From NCBI GenBank assembly GCA_003646025.1, contig QNDR01000002.1, positions 2,873 to 66,872 of the forward strand: a DNA stretch of 64,000 nt. Reading direction: 5' to 3'. The notes below the pieces were generated by a model. It searched no databases, was not told where the DNA came from, and was given only the letters and a program-made list of their open reading frames with translations. Shown in pieces: positions 26,791-35,822 of this stretch (its first letter is position 1; each line of letters begins with the position of its first letter). The translations under genes were made by a program, and so were the position numbers. Origin of the DNA: Candidatus Fermentibacterota bacterium (GTDB lineage: Bacteria; Fermentibacterota; Fermentibacteria; Fermentibacterales; JCC-6).

Positions 26791-27804
26791 TTATTGTGAT
26801 TCGGCAGCAAGCCTCCTGCCTGCAGAGGTGATTCTGTATTTCTGAAGCCTGCTGTTCGGCTTTTCAGGATGGGTCATTTCAATCAGTCCGGCATCCAGCG
26901 CAGGGTGCAGGTATAGTTTCTCAAAGTTATCCCGTCCTTTAAGATCGAGTCTGTCCATTATTTCTCTTCGGGAAACGGGGTTGTTACCCAGACATTCGAG
27001 AAGCTTTTTAACTTGCCCTGTGACTTGCCCTGTGGAGTAGTCAAATTCCTTTGCCGCTTCAAGGATTGCTGCAAGCATAAACTCAACAAAAGGCGAACAG
27101 TTTGCAGCAGTCGTACTGTCGGCCAGAGCATCATAGTATTTCTGCTGGCGGCTGTGAACAATACTTTCAACTGGAAGAAACGAGAATACAGGGTTCCATT
27201 CCGTAAGAATCAAAGTCTGCCAGAGGCGACCCATGCGTCCGTTACCATCTTCAAAGGGATGTATAAATTCCAGTTCGTAATGAAATACAGAGCTTTCGAC
27301 CACAGGATGGTGATCACTTCTGTTCAACCATCTGAACAGCTCACCTGTCAGAAAGGGTACTCTGTCTGCAGGTGGAGCGACATGAACAACTTCTCTGGCG
27401 CCCATAACTCCCACATTGCCGGTCCGGTACTTTCCCGGGAAATCCAGAAGTCCTGACATCACTGCTCTGTGGGCCGCCAGAAAATCAGTTTCACTGCGTG
27501 AATTCCATTGGTTGAGTTTTTCATAAGCAGTAAACGCGTTTCGAACTTCGCGTATTTCACGGGGAGGAGCTATCACACGCTTTCCTTCGATAACTGCTGT
27601 TATCTGTCTTTCGGTAAGGGTATTACCTTCAATTGCCAGTGATCCGTGGACTGTCCGGATAAGGCTTGCCCTTCGCAGGCGTAAATGTCGTTCTGCGTCT
27701 GGCGAGGAAGAAAGGCGGCCAACGAACTCGCATACTTCCCCGATCAATCGCTCTGTTTTTGCAGTTATCTCAAAGGGAGGAGAGTACAGGGGATTGTCTT
27801 CCAT
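26791..27804 (-). CDS. Fic-family protein (class II, with N-terminal inhibitory motif and C-terminal wHTH-like region)
   Basis: Fic motif HPFEDGNGRMGR. Candidate auto-inhibitory S-x-x-x-E-G (SLAIEGN) upstream. Confidence 0.85.
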   Translation of the reverse strand: MEDNPLYSPPFEITAKTERLIGEVCEFVGRLSSSPDAERHLRLRRASLIRTVHGSLAIEGNTLTERQITAVIEGKRVIAPPREIREVRNAFTAYEKLNQWNSRSETDFLAAHRAVMSGLLDFPGKYRTGNVGVMGAREVVHVAPPADRVPFLTGELFRWLNRSDHHPVVESSVFHYELEFIHPFEDGNGRMGRLWQTLILTEWNPVFSFLPVESIVHSRQQKYYDALADSTTAANCSPFVEFMLAAILEAAKEFDYSTGQVTGQVKKLLECLGNNPVSRREIMDRLDLKGRDNFEKLYLHPALDAGLIEMTHPEKPNSRLQKYRITSAGRRLAAESQ

Positions 27805-27971
27805 TTTGCTCCCTGGTTATCTATTTTGAAACCCATCAAAATATTATAACAACTGCAGTACTGCCGGAGTAATATTGAAAACAGACGGTGTCGATACAGC
27901 TGTGTATGCTGTTTATCGCCGCGAGTGGGCTGTTTCCTTATAATCAGAGATAATCATGGAATGGAGAAAAT

Positions 27972-29141
27972 ATGCCACATGGAGTGTACATTGCAGGAGC
28001 AGGAAAAGATGCAGGGAAAACAACTCTGAGCCTTGGGCTGCTTGAGGAGTTCAAAAAGGTTCTTCCGGATGGAGTTGCCTTTACCAAGCCCCTTGGGCAG
28101 AAAACCACCCTTGTTGAGGGAGAGCAGGTGGGGCAGGACTCCTGGTTTGTGGACAGGGCTCTTAACATGGGTCTCTCTCTGGACAATTCCGCACCGTTTG
28201 CCGCCTCCCACGGATCTGCCGCGAGGTACATAAAACTGGGTGAGCCTTCTGACCTGCCGGGAAGAATCCGCAGGGCCTACAGAGAAGTGGGCAGGAAGGG
28301 CAGAATGGTTGTTGTTGAAGGTACCGGGCATCCAGGCGTGGGATGTGTGTTCGATATGTCAAACGCCAGAGTGGCTAAAATTCTTGGGATACCGGTGATA
28401 CTTGTTCTCGACGGAGGAATCGGTTCAACAATTGACAGGTTCAGTCTCAGCGCATCGATGTTTTACAATCTGGATGTACCGGTACTCGGTGTTGTTATCA
28501 ACAGGATAATTCCCGGTAAAATGGAGACGGTAAAGGAACTGCTTGGAAAATGGTTCGGTGAGAGGGATATACCTGTGTTCGGTTACATCCCCTACGAAGA
28601 TAGTATAGCAAGACCATCGCTGGGGCTTCTTCAGCGTGCGCTGGGTGCGGAACCAATTGTTACTGTGGAGCCTGGGGGAGAATCGGCAGTTGCCGGTCAT
28701 CTCACTGCTTTCGGATCTGCGGAGGAAGTACTTCGCTCGGTGAGAAAGCATCCGGGCAGATCACTGCTTGTTGATTACTCCCGCCCGGATGTACTTGATG
28801 CTCTTGTTGTTTCACGGATATCAGGAGGAAAAGGCCCTGGAGCTGTTATTGTGTGCGGAGGAGAACCGGATACGAGAAGAATAGATGCTTTCCGAGCCAC
28901 CGGAATTCCCCTGTACGCCACGGAACGGGGTATTGAACAGTCTTCAGGGAGGATCTCGCAGAAAATATTCAAGGTGGAGCCCCACGAGGAACACAAGATA
29001 AAGAGGATAGTAAATCTGATCAGCTCAAATGTTGATACCGCTCTGATACTTTCCCATCTATCCGGAGAAGCCAGAGGGGAGACCGGAGAAAAGAAGCCGG
29101 GAAGATTCAAGAGATTTCTTCGAAAGATTTTTAAAGGATAG
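27972..29141 (+). CDS. BioD/CobQ-like P-loop domain plus DRTGG domain protein (like the N-terminal part of phosphotransacetylase)
   Basis: GVYIAGAGKDAGKTTLSLGLL P-loop. VVVEGTGHPGVG. C-terminal half is consistent with a DRTGG-type domain. No PTA catalytic domain. Confidence 0.5.
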   Translation: MPHGVYIAGAGKDAGKTTLSLGLLEEFKKVLPDGVAFTKPLGQKTTLVEGEQVGQDSWFVDRALNMGLSLDNSAPFAASHGSAARYIKLGEPSDLPGRIRRAYREVGRKGRMVVVEGTGHPGVGCVFDMSNARVAKILGIPVILVLDGGIGSTIDRFSLSASMFYNLDVPVLGVVINRIIPGKMETVKELLGKWFGERDIPVFGYIPYEDSIARPSLGLLQRALGAEPIVTVEPGGESAVAGHLTAFGSAEEVLRSVRKHPGRSLLVDYSRPDVLDALVVSRISGGKGPGAVIVCGGEPDTRRIDAFRATGIPLYATERGIEQSSGRISQKIFKVEPHEEHKIKRIVNLISSNVDTALILSHLSGEARGETGEKKPGRFKRFLRKIFKG

Positions 29142-29143
29142 CC

Positions 29144-30361
29144 ATGATCGGACGGTTCAGCCTTTACGGATTCCTGAAAAACCAGAAGTACTACGAACCG
29201 TTCCTTCTCCTGGTTTTTCTTGAGAAAGGGTTTTCCTTTTTTCAGATCGGTCTGCTGATAGCTTTCCGTGAGCTGGCGGTAACTGTTATGGAAATCCCCA
29301 GTGGGGCGCTGGCCGATTCCCACGGTAGAAGGCTCTGTATGGCAGGTTCCATGGCAGGTTACATAGTGTCTTTTGTTGTCTTCTGGCTCTCCTCTTCGTT
29401 TCTTCTGCTGTTCATTGCCATGTTTTTCTTTGCCATTGGTGATGCTTTCAGAACCGGTACACACAAGGCAATGATCTTCAAGTGGCTTGAAAACCAGGGA
29501 AGGCTATCAGAAAAGACAAAAATTTACGGGGTTACCAGATCATGGTCTAAAACGGGTACAGCCCTTTCCAGCATTATTGCCGCCGCTCTGGTCTGGAGAA
29601 GCGGGAGTTTTTCCACGGTGTTTCTGTTCTGTATTCCACCCTATCTGATCAATCTTGTTAATCTTATTACTTATCCGGGAAACCTGGAGGGCGAGGAACA
29701 CGGAGGGAAAACCCTGCGGGACAGCATTGTAATGATGAAATCCTCTGTTGTGGAAGCCGTAAAGTTCAAACCTCTCAGAAATCTGATGACAGAGACCATG
29801 GGGTTCCAGGGTATGCACAAAGTAACAGGCGACTACATACAGCCTGTAATAAAATCCATGGCGCTGTCCATACCCATTCTTGCGGCTCTTCAGGGAGACA
29901 AAGGATCGGCCGCTCTTGCAGGCGGGGTCTATTTTGTTCTCGCAGTGCTTGGTATTTTTGGTTCCCGTTTCTCTCACAGACTGGTGAGTGCCGCAGGAGG
30001 TGAACGGGAAAGCGCATCGGTTTTGTGGCTGGTAAACTTTGTCTGCTATGCTGCAATGATTCCCATGCTTGCTGCAAAGTGGTACATCGGTGTAATCGCG
30101 GTATTTATTGTGCTGGAATTGCTGCAGAACCTGTGGAGACCCATGCAGGTAAGCAGATTTGACAGGGTCTCTCCAGGGAAAAGAAGAGCTACGGTACTGT
30201 CCATCGAGTCGCAGGCTAAGTCGATATCTGCCATGATATACGCTCCTGTTCTGGGACTGCTTGTGGATAAATTCGGCCTGTGGGTACTGGGTGCCTTCGG
30301 AGCTGTTGTCGCCGGTGCTGTTATGGCCAGTCGCAGTCGGGTTCCCGAGCCCATGCGGTAA
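29144..30361 (+). CDS. MFS transporter
   Basis: Starts 2 nt after the previous stop. About 12 hydrophobic segments. MFS loop motif GALADSHGRR. Confidence 0.7.
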   Translation: MIGRFSLYGFLKNQKYYEPFLLLVFLEKGFSFFQIGLLIAFRELAVTVMEIPSGALADSHGRRLCMAGSMAGYIVSFVVFWLSSSFLLLFIAMFFFAIGDAFRTGTHKAMIFKWLENQGRLSEKTKIYGVTRSWSKTGTALSSIIAAALVWRSGSFSTVFLFCIPPYLINLVNLITYPGNLEGEEHGGKTLRDSIVMMKSSVVEAVKFKPLRNLMTETMGFQGMHKVTGDYIQPVIKSMALSIPILAALQGDKGSAALAGGVYFVLAVLGIFGSRFSHRLVSAAGGERESASVLWLVNFVCYAAMIPMLAAKWYIGVIAVFIVLELLQNLWRPMQVSRFDRVSPGKRRATVLSIESQAKSISAMIYAPVLGLLVDKFGLWVLGAFGAVVAGAVMASRSRVPEPMR

Positions 30362-30387
30362 ACTGCTGTCAGGGGTATATTCTGTGT

Positions 30388-31752
30388 ATGTATGATGTTT
30401 TTGAAAAAGCAGGACACAGTCTATTCCTGGTTGGCGGTGCAGTGCGCGACAGACTGCTTGGTATTCCTCAGAGTGATGTTGACTATGCAACTGACGCCCA
30501 GCCGGGGGCTGTTATCGACATTCTGTCTGATACCGGTATAAAGGTAATTCCCACTGGTATCAGGTACGGTACTGTTACAGCTATCTACCCGGGAACCCAC
30601 GGGAAAGCAGAGATTACAACCTTCCGCAGTTCCGAGGTCTACAGAAGAGGTTCGAGGTTCCCGTCTGTTGAATTCGGAGGAACCATAACACAAGACCTCA
30701 AGAGACGGGATTTCACCATAAACGCCATGGCTATTGATTCCAGCGGAAAACTTATAGATCCCTGCGGGGGAAAGAGGGACCTGGAAAAAAAGCTGATCGA
30801 TACACCTGGCAATCCGGACACGGCTTTTCTTGACGACCCTCTCAGGATTCTAAGGGCATACAGATTCGCAGCGAAACTTGGTTTCAGCATTGCCGAGAGA
30901 GTAAGGCAGTCTGCCAGAAACTTTTCCACAGAGCTTTCCACTATTTCCGCCGAGAGAAAATACAAGGAATTCACAGGTATTCTTACCGTTGAGCAGGGAG
31001 AGAGAACAGTTGAGGCCCTTTCCATGATGAAGCAGGACGGTGTTCTTCTGAAAGTGGTTCCCGAGCTGGAACACCTGTTCATAATAGACGGGTTGAAACA
31101 GGGCAGATACCACACCGGAGACGCATGGCACCACACTCTGGAGGTGGTTTCTCAGGTCCCGCCGGTGGCTGTTTTAAGGTGGGCAGCTCTGCTGCACGAT
31201 TCGGCAAAAGGGCTGGTTCGTTATGTTGATGAAAACGGTGAGCCGCACTTTCACGGCCACGAAAGGCTGGCCGAAAAAATAGCGAATTCAGTGGCGGAAA
31301 GGCTCCGTTTTTCCAGAGTCGATAAGAGGGCTCTGTCTGTTCTGGTGAAGAACCATATGCGGCCGATTCTTTACCGCTCTAACTGGAAAAACAGCGCTGT
31401 TCGAAGGCTTATGAGGGATGTAGACGACCAGATTGAGAATCTTTTTGTTCTGGCGGAAGCGGACATAAAGGCGCACACTGGTGAATATGTGGAAAAGTCT
31501 CTTAAATCCCTGCAGGAACTGAAGGAGCGGGTTTCCAGACAGAACATGGGAAGAATAATTCCCGCTGAAATGGGCCAGAACCTCCACGCCATGGGTTTCG
31601 AAGGACCTGTAATAGGTACAATTCTCAGGATGCTTGAAGAGATGACCGACGATGGGATACTGCCTGCGAACCCCACAGTTGATCAGTGCTTTTCTGCCCT
31701 GTGGGACAAACAGTCGAAAATGCTGAAGGAATCAGAGCAGAGTTCCAGCTGA
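30388..31752 (+). CDS. cca: tRNA nucleotidyltransferase (CCA-adding)/poly(A) polymerase family protein with HD domain
   Basis: ORF 30280..31752. ATG at 30388 (MYDVFEKAGHSLFLVGGAVRDRLLG). RRDFTINA motif. HD region HTLEV..LLHDSAKG. Confidence 0.75.
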   Translation: MYDVFEKAGHSLFLVGGAVRDRLLGIPQSDVDYATDAQPGAVIDILSDTGIKVIPTGIRYGTVTAIYPGTHGKAEITTFRSSEVYRRGSRFPSVEFGGTITQDLKRRDFTINAMAIDSSGKLIDPCGGKRDLEKKLIDTPGNPDTAFLDDPLRILRAYRFAAKLGFSIAERVRQSARNFSTELSTISAERKYKEFTGILTVEQGERTVEALSMMKQDGVLLKVVPELEHLFIIDGLKQGRYHTGDAWHHTLEVVSQVPPVAVLRWAALLHDSAKGLVRYVDENGEPHFHGHERLAEKIANSVAERLRFSRVDKRALSVLVKNHMRPILYRSNWKNSAVRRLMRDVDDQIENLFVLAEADIKAHTGEYVEKSLKSLQELKERVSRQNMGRIIPAEMGQNLHAMGFEGPVIGTILRMLEEMTDDGILPANPTVDQCFSALWDKQSKMLKESEQSSS

Positions 31753-32721
31753 TGCGGAAAACCCCGGCGGGCTGCACAGGCCTGCGATTGCCCGGTCTGA
31801 AAGTCGCCTTGAAAAGAACAGCATCAGATACATCACCAGCCATGAGAAAAGTATTCTTCCCGGCAGAGCCGCAATGGCCCATGCACCAAGGGAACCCACA
31901 AGCATGGTATCTTCAATCACCGCGTGGCATATACTCATGAAGGAGACAGAGGCCAGTATCTGTCTGGGTGGTATGGTTCCTTTTGCTGCTTCTCTGATGA
32001 TCATTCCACCGCCGTATGAAATTCCCAGAACAAGCCCGATAACTGTAATGGTTGATGCTTCGTCACCTATGCCCATAGGAGAGAAAACAGGTCTGAAAAA
32101 ACGCTTCAGCAGAGTCATGAACCCTATTCTGTCCAGTAAGTCCATCACACTGAGTACGGCCAGTATCACAAGGAATATGGCCGCCATGCTTCGCAGTGTT
32201 CCAACTCCCCATGCAGCGAGGCCTGCTCCCTGCTCCGCAGCACTCCACAGAACTACCGGGTGACCCTGAAGTATTCCGGTGACACGGAAGAGCTGGCCGA
32301 GAATTATTCCGAAACCAAGCCCTGTTATCAGCCTGAAAGGGATCAGGAACCACGGTTTTACGCCGGCTCTTGCCGCGACTGTTATTTCCACCGGCAGAGA
32401 ATGGGAAACAAGAAGCATGCTGCAGAGTGTGGTTACCTGGGCGGAATTCAGATGAAGCGGATGGATCATCCCTGCGGTGACTGTGAGCCCGCCGTACATA
32501 TTGGAGAGCATACCGGTTACCCATGCAAGCCCTGCCTCACCTGGAAGCCCTGCCAGTTTCATCACCGGGGCAATGGCGCCTGCAACCGGACCGAAAATAC
32601 CTGTAAGCTCAAGGATTTTTACTGCCACAAGGGCAGGTATCATTACCTTGAACAGATCAATACACACACCGCCTGTTTTTACAAGTATGGCTGCAAACCA
32701 ATGTGTTATCTGTTTAAGCAT
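31732..32721 (-). CDS. Membrane protein with nucleoside-recognition (Gate) domains
   Basis: Polytopic. The N-terminal region ..LFKVMIPALVAVKILELTG..LAGLPGEAGLAWVTGMLSNMYGG resembles Gate/FeoB-C-like domains. The 3' end overlaps the cca 3' end by 21 nt (convergent). Confidence 0.5.
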   Translation of the reverse strand: MLKQITHWFAAILVKTGGVCIDLFKVMIPALVAVKILELTGIFGPVAGAIAPVMKLAGLPGEAGLAWVTGMLSNMYGGLTVTAGMIHPLHLNSAQVTTLCSMLLVSHSLPVEITVAARAGVKPWFLIPFRLITGLGFGIILGQLFRVTGILQGHPVVLWSAAEQGAGLAAWGVGTLRSMAAIFLVILAVLSVMDLLDRIGFMTLLKRFFRPVFSPMGIGDEASTITVIGLVLGISYGGGMIIREAAKGTIPPRQILASVSFMSICHAVIEDTMLVGSLGAWAIAALPGRILFSWLVMYLMLFFSRRLSDRAIAGLCSPPGFSASAGTLL

Positions 32722-32750
32722 AGCGGCTAATATAATTGGTCTGTTGCGCG

Positions 32751-33314
32751 TCAGGCGCGGTGTTTCCAGTTGTTCAGAAGGGCGAAGATCAATTCATCGT
32801 GAAAGCTGCCATTGAAAAACACACTTTTCTTCATGTGGCCTTCTTTACTGAATCCCAGTTTTTCAAGCAGTTTAACTGTTGAAGTGTTTTCTGGAACAAC
32901 AGTGGCCTGTATCCGGTTGATGTTCATTGTGTTGAAGCCGAAACTCAGTATTTTCAGAAGGGCTTCAGTCATGTATCCGTTACCCTGATGAGACCGAAGA
33001 AGTGTAAAACCGAGGTCTGCTTTACCGTCCAGAAAGCTGAACTCTTCAAAACCAGCGGTGCCTGCGAACATCCCGGTTTGCTTCAGTGATATTGTCCAGA
33101 TAAGGCTGTTTCCCTCTGCAAACCCCTGTATGTAATCTTCCAGAACGCCTTGTATGGCATCCCGGTTATCAAGCGGCGTAGACAGGTATTTCATTACAAC
33201 AGGGTCGGAATAGGATTGAAAAAGACCCTGTTCATCTGCAGGGGAAACCTGACGGAGCAGCAGCCTGTTTGTTTCAAGCACCGGGAATGTTTCAGGCCAT
33301 GCAATGGAAAACAT
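32751..33314 (-). CDS. GNAT N-acetyltransferase (RimJ/RimL-like)
   Basis: ORF 32751..33395. ATG at 33314 (MFSIAWPETFPVLETNRLLLRQVSPAD) fits the Acetyltransf_3 N-terminus. HQGNGYMTEAL acetyl-CoA region. Confidence 0.7.
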   Translation of the reverse strand: MFSIAWPETFPVLETNRLLLRQVSPADEQGLFQSYSDPVVMKYLSTPLDNRDAIQGVLEDYIQGFAEGNSLIWTISLKQTGMFAGTAGFEEFSFLDGKADLGFTLLRSHQGNGYMTEALLKILSFGFNTMNINRIQATVVPENTSTVKLLEKLGFSKEGHMKKSVFFNGSFHDELIFALLNNWKHRA

Positions 33315-35290
33315 TACCTGTCTGCCCTGAACTGTTCTGTGCCGGCATAATCTTCTCTTGGGCTGAACCGCCCCTGTTCGATCACCGCAAGGCATGCCTC
33401 AACACTTCTGCTGCCGTACAGAACACCGCTTCTTTGCTTGAGCTGCTCCACTGTGGTCTCCAGGTTGAAAGGCGGGCGATAGGGTCGTCTGGAAGACATG
33501 GCTTCCACAGTATCGGCAACACACAGGATCTGAGCCTCCTGCATGATTTCATTACCCTTCAGGCCAAAAGGATATCCGGAGCCGTCTATGTGCTCGTGGT
33601 GCTGAAGAACGATGTCTGCAATAGGCCAGGGAAATTCAATGTTCTTAAGAATGTCGTAACCGTTCTGCGGATAGGTTCTTACAACTTTGAGTTCAATTTC
33701 ACTGAGTTTTCCCGATCTGCTTAAGAATTCCTGCGGTATTTTGATCTTTCCTATACCGTAAACTATGGACGCGAAATAGATTGCCTGTATCTGCTCTTCG
33801 GAAAGCTTCATCTCAACTGCAATAGAGCGGGCAAGGTCAGCTGTTCTGAGATGGTGCCCCTGGTAGTAGGGATCACGCATTTCAACGATCTTTGATATTG
33901 TGCAGATGGTTCCCTTGAAACTCTTTTCAAGCATGTCATAGCTTGCCTTGAGGTCGTTTTCCGCATCTATCAGGGCCTGTTCCGCTGTCATCCTCTCTGA
34001 AATTTCAGTTTCCAGTCCCCGGTTTACCTTCATAAGCTCGGCAGTTCGTTCCTGAACCACCTTCTCGAGTTCGCTTCTGCGTTCTTCAAGCTCGATCTCT
34101 GCTATTTTCTGCTGATCCATTATCTTCCGGAGTTCAACATTTTTCTGTCGGAAGTTGTCTGCTTCCATCTGTTTACGTTCTGTGCCGAATTTTACGCTGA
34201 GAACCGCAATTTTTTCTCTGCTGTCTTCACTGAACAAGTTGTCTTTTATTTTCAGGTACTTTTTCAGGTAATCAAGAGCCTGTTTGTAGTTTTCTCTGGC
34301 CTCGAAGAGTTCCGAGAACTGATACATACAGATTGCTTCCAGATCTCTGGCACCAATATCCGCAGCAACCTGCAACCCCCTGGTGAAAAATTCGGAAGCC
34401 ATGTTGTACTGCTTCTGCTTCAGAAATGTTGATCCGATGTTGGAGCAGGAGATTGAAATACCTCTGCTGTCCAGAAGCTTCTCTTTTAATTCAAGGGCTT
34501 TCGTAAAGTATTCACGGGCATTTGTGTGCTGTTTCAGTTCTCCAAGGATAGATCCGATGTTCCCATAGGAATTTGATAACCCGTAGCTGTCTTCAATTTC
34601 CTGTCTGATGGCAAGTGCTTTTCTGTGTTCTTCAAGGGCAAGCTGGCTGTTGCCCATCTGTGCCTGGACCAGCCCCAGATTGTTGTAGCATTTGGCTATG
34701 TTCAGATCGTCTTCAAATTCTTCGTAAAGAGAAAGAGCTTCTGCGTAGTTTTCCCCGGCCTGCTCAAAAAGACCCTGCTGCCTGTATATGTTTCCGATGT
34801 TAAGAAAGGAAATAGCCTGACCCTTTCTGTTCCCGATGCTGATTTTGATCTGCAGTGACTGGAGATACCAGTCCAGAGCTTCGCTGTAGTTTCCACGATC
34901 TCTGTATATGTTTCCTATGTTGTTACTGGTTCCCGCAATGCCTTGTTTATCCCCCAGCTTTTCCCAGATGATGAGAGCACTCCGGTAGTTCTCAAGAGCT
35001 TTCTCGAAGTCGCCTTTTACCCAGCATGTCGTACCGTACATGTGAAGGCTTGAGGCGATGGAACTGTCGTCATTCAGTTTGCGGGCAAGGATGAGAGCTT
35101 CTTCCGCATGGCGCCTGGCATTCTCCGGGGAATTGCGGTATTCCGCTCCAGCCAGCCGATTTAGTGCACTCACCAGCTCCAGGTCAGTTCCGGGGGACGT
35201 TCTCAGTCTCTCTACTTCGGAAACAAGGCTTTTGAGGCTGCTCACTTCACCCTCCTGGGGAGCGGGTAATTTCCTACAGCTCAGAGACAA
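33314..35290 (-). CDS. TPR-repeat / coiled-coil / HD-GYP domain protein (putative c-di-GMP phosphodiesterase)
   Basis: About 8 TPR-like units (..A..Y..AL.I...LGD..G.A....NIG.IY..). A long charged coiled coil. HD-GYP signature HHEHIDGSGYP. Start uncertain (TTG at 35290). Confidence 0.8.
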   Translation of the reverse strand: MSLSCRKLPAPQEGEVSSLKSLVSEVERLRTSPGTDLELVSALNRLAGAEYRNSPENARRHAEEALILARKLNDDSSIASSLHMYGTTCWVKGDFEKALENYRSALIIWEKLGDKQGIAGTSNNIGNIYRDRGNYSEALDWYLQSLQIKISIGNRKGQAISFLNIGNIYRQQGLFEQAGENYAEALSLYEEFEDDLNIAKCYNNLGLVQAQMGNSQLALEEHRKALAIRQEIEDSYGLSNSYGNIGSILGELKQHTNAREYFTKALELKEKLLDSRGISISCSNIGSTFLKQKQYNMASEFFTRGLQVAADIGARDLEAICMYQFSELFEARENYKQALDYLKKYLKIKDNLFSEDSREKIAVLSVKFGTERKQMEADNFRQKNVELRKIMDQQKIAEIELEERRSELEKVVQERTAELMKVNRGLETEISERMTAEQALIDAENDLKASYDMLEKSFKGTICTISKIVEMRDPYYQGHHLRTADLARSIAVEMKLSEEQIQAIYFASIVYGIGKIKIPQEFLSRSGKLSEIELKVVRTYPQNGYDILKNIEFPWPIADIVLQHHEHIDGSGYPFGLKGNEIMQEAQILCVADTVEAMSSRRPYRPPFNLETTVEQLKQRSGVLYGSRSVEACLAVIEQGRFSPREDYAGTEQFRADR

Positions 35291-35339
35291 TAGCAGGTAG
35301 TTTCACCAGCTGTCAATATTCATGAGTCGTACGAAGGTG

Positions 35340-35822
35340 TTATTCGGATGTATTCTGTGGCGGTGGTTTGATTCCGACTACAAGAGAACTCCATTCAAGG
35401 GCATACCAGCTTCCGTCGTTTCTCTTTCTGACTGTAATCGGTCTTGGGCTGTGGGCACCGGTGCAGGCCACAAACAGCTTGACTCTGCCCTGGTCAGGTG
35501 TTCCGCTGTAGCGGTTTGTAGTAAAATCAAATTCAAGGTTTTCAGGGAGCCTGTAGCCGTTTGAGGCGGCGGTTCCTGTGAAATAGGAATGAATCATGCA
35601 GGGTTTTGATTTCAGCTGACTTTCGGCAAGCTGCAGAGTACTGAAAGTGACATCCGGGTTCATTTCCTTCAGAGCCTCGATGCCGGCAGAGCTGTTTCCC
35701 GCCAGTATATTCAGCGCAAAGATACAGGCGGCCGCCGCTCCTTCGGGGGATCTTTGAAGATCGGGAAGCAATGTGCTGAATTCCTCTTTCGAAAGAGGCA
35801 GTTCTTTAACTGCGTATTTCAA
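35340..35822 (-). CDS. Hypothetical protein (160 aa)
   Basis: TTG start in a TTGA overlap with the upstream GT4 stop, preceded by AAGGAA. No family recognised. Confidence 0.45.
   Translation of the reverse strand: MKYAVKELPLSKEEFSTLLPDLQRSPEGAAAACIFALNILAGNSSAGIEALKEMNPDVTFSTLQLAESQLKSKPCMIHSYFTGTAASNGYRLPENLEFDFTTNRYSGTPDQGRVKLFVACTGAHSPRPITVRKRNDGSWYALEWSSLVVGIKPPPQNTSE

Noticed and set aside
29540-30490. 316-aa minus-strand ORF antisense to the MFS transporter gene
   Set aside because: Its composition is odd (His/Gln/Cys/Arg-rich) and it has no start context. The + strand frame has the MFS motif and TM periodicity.
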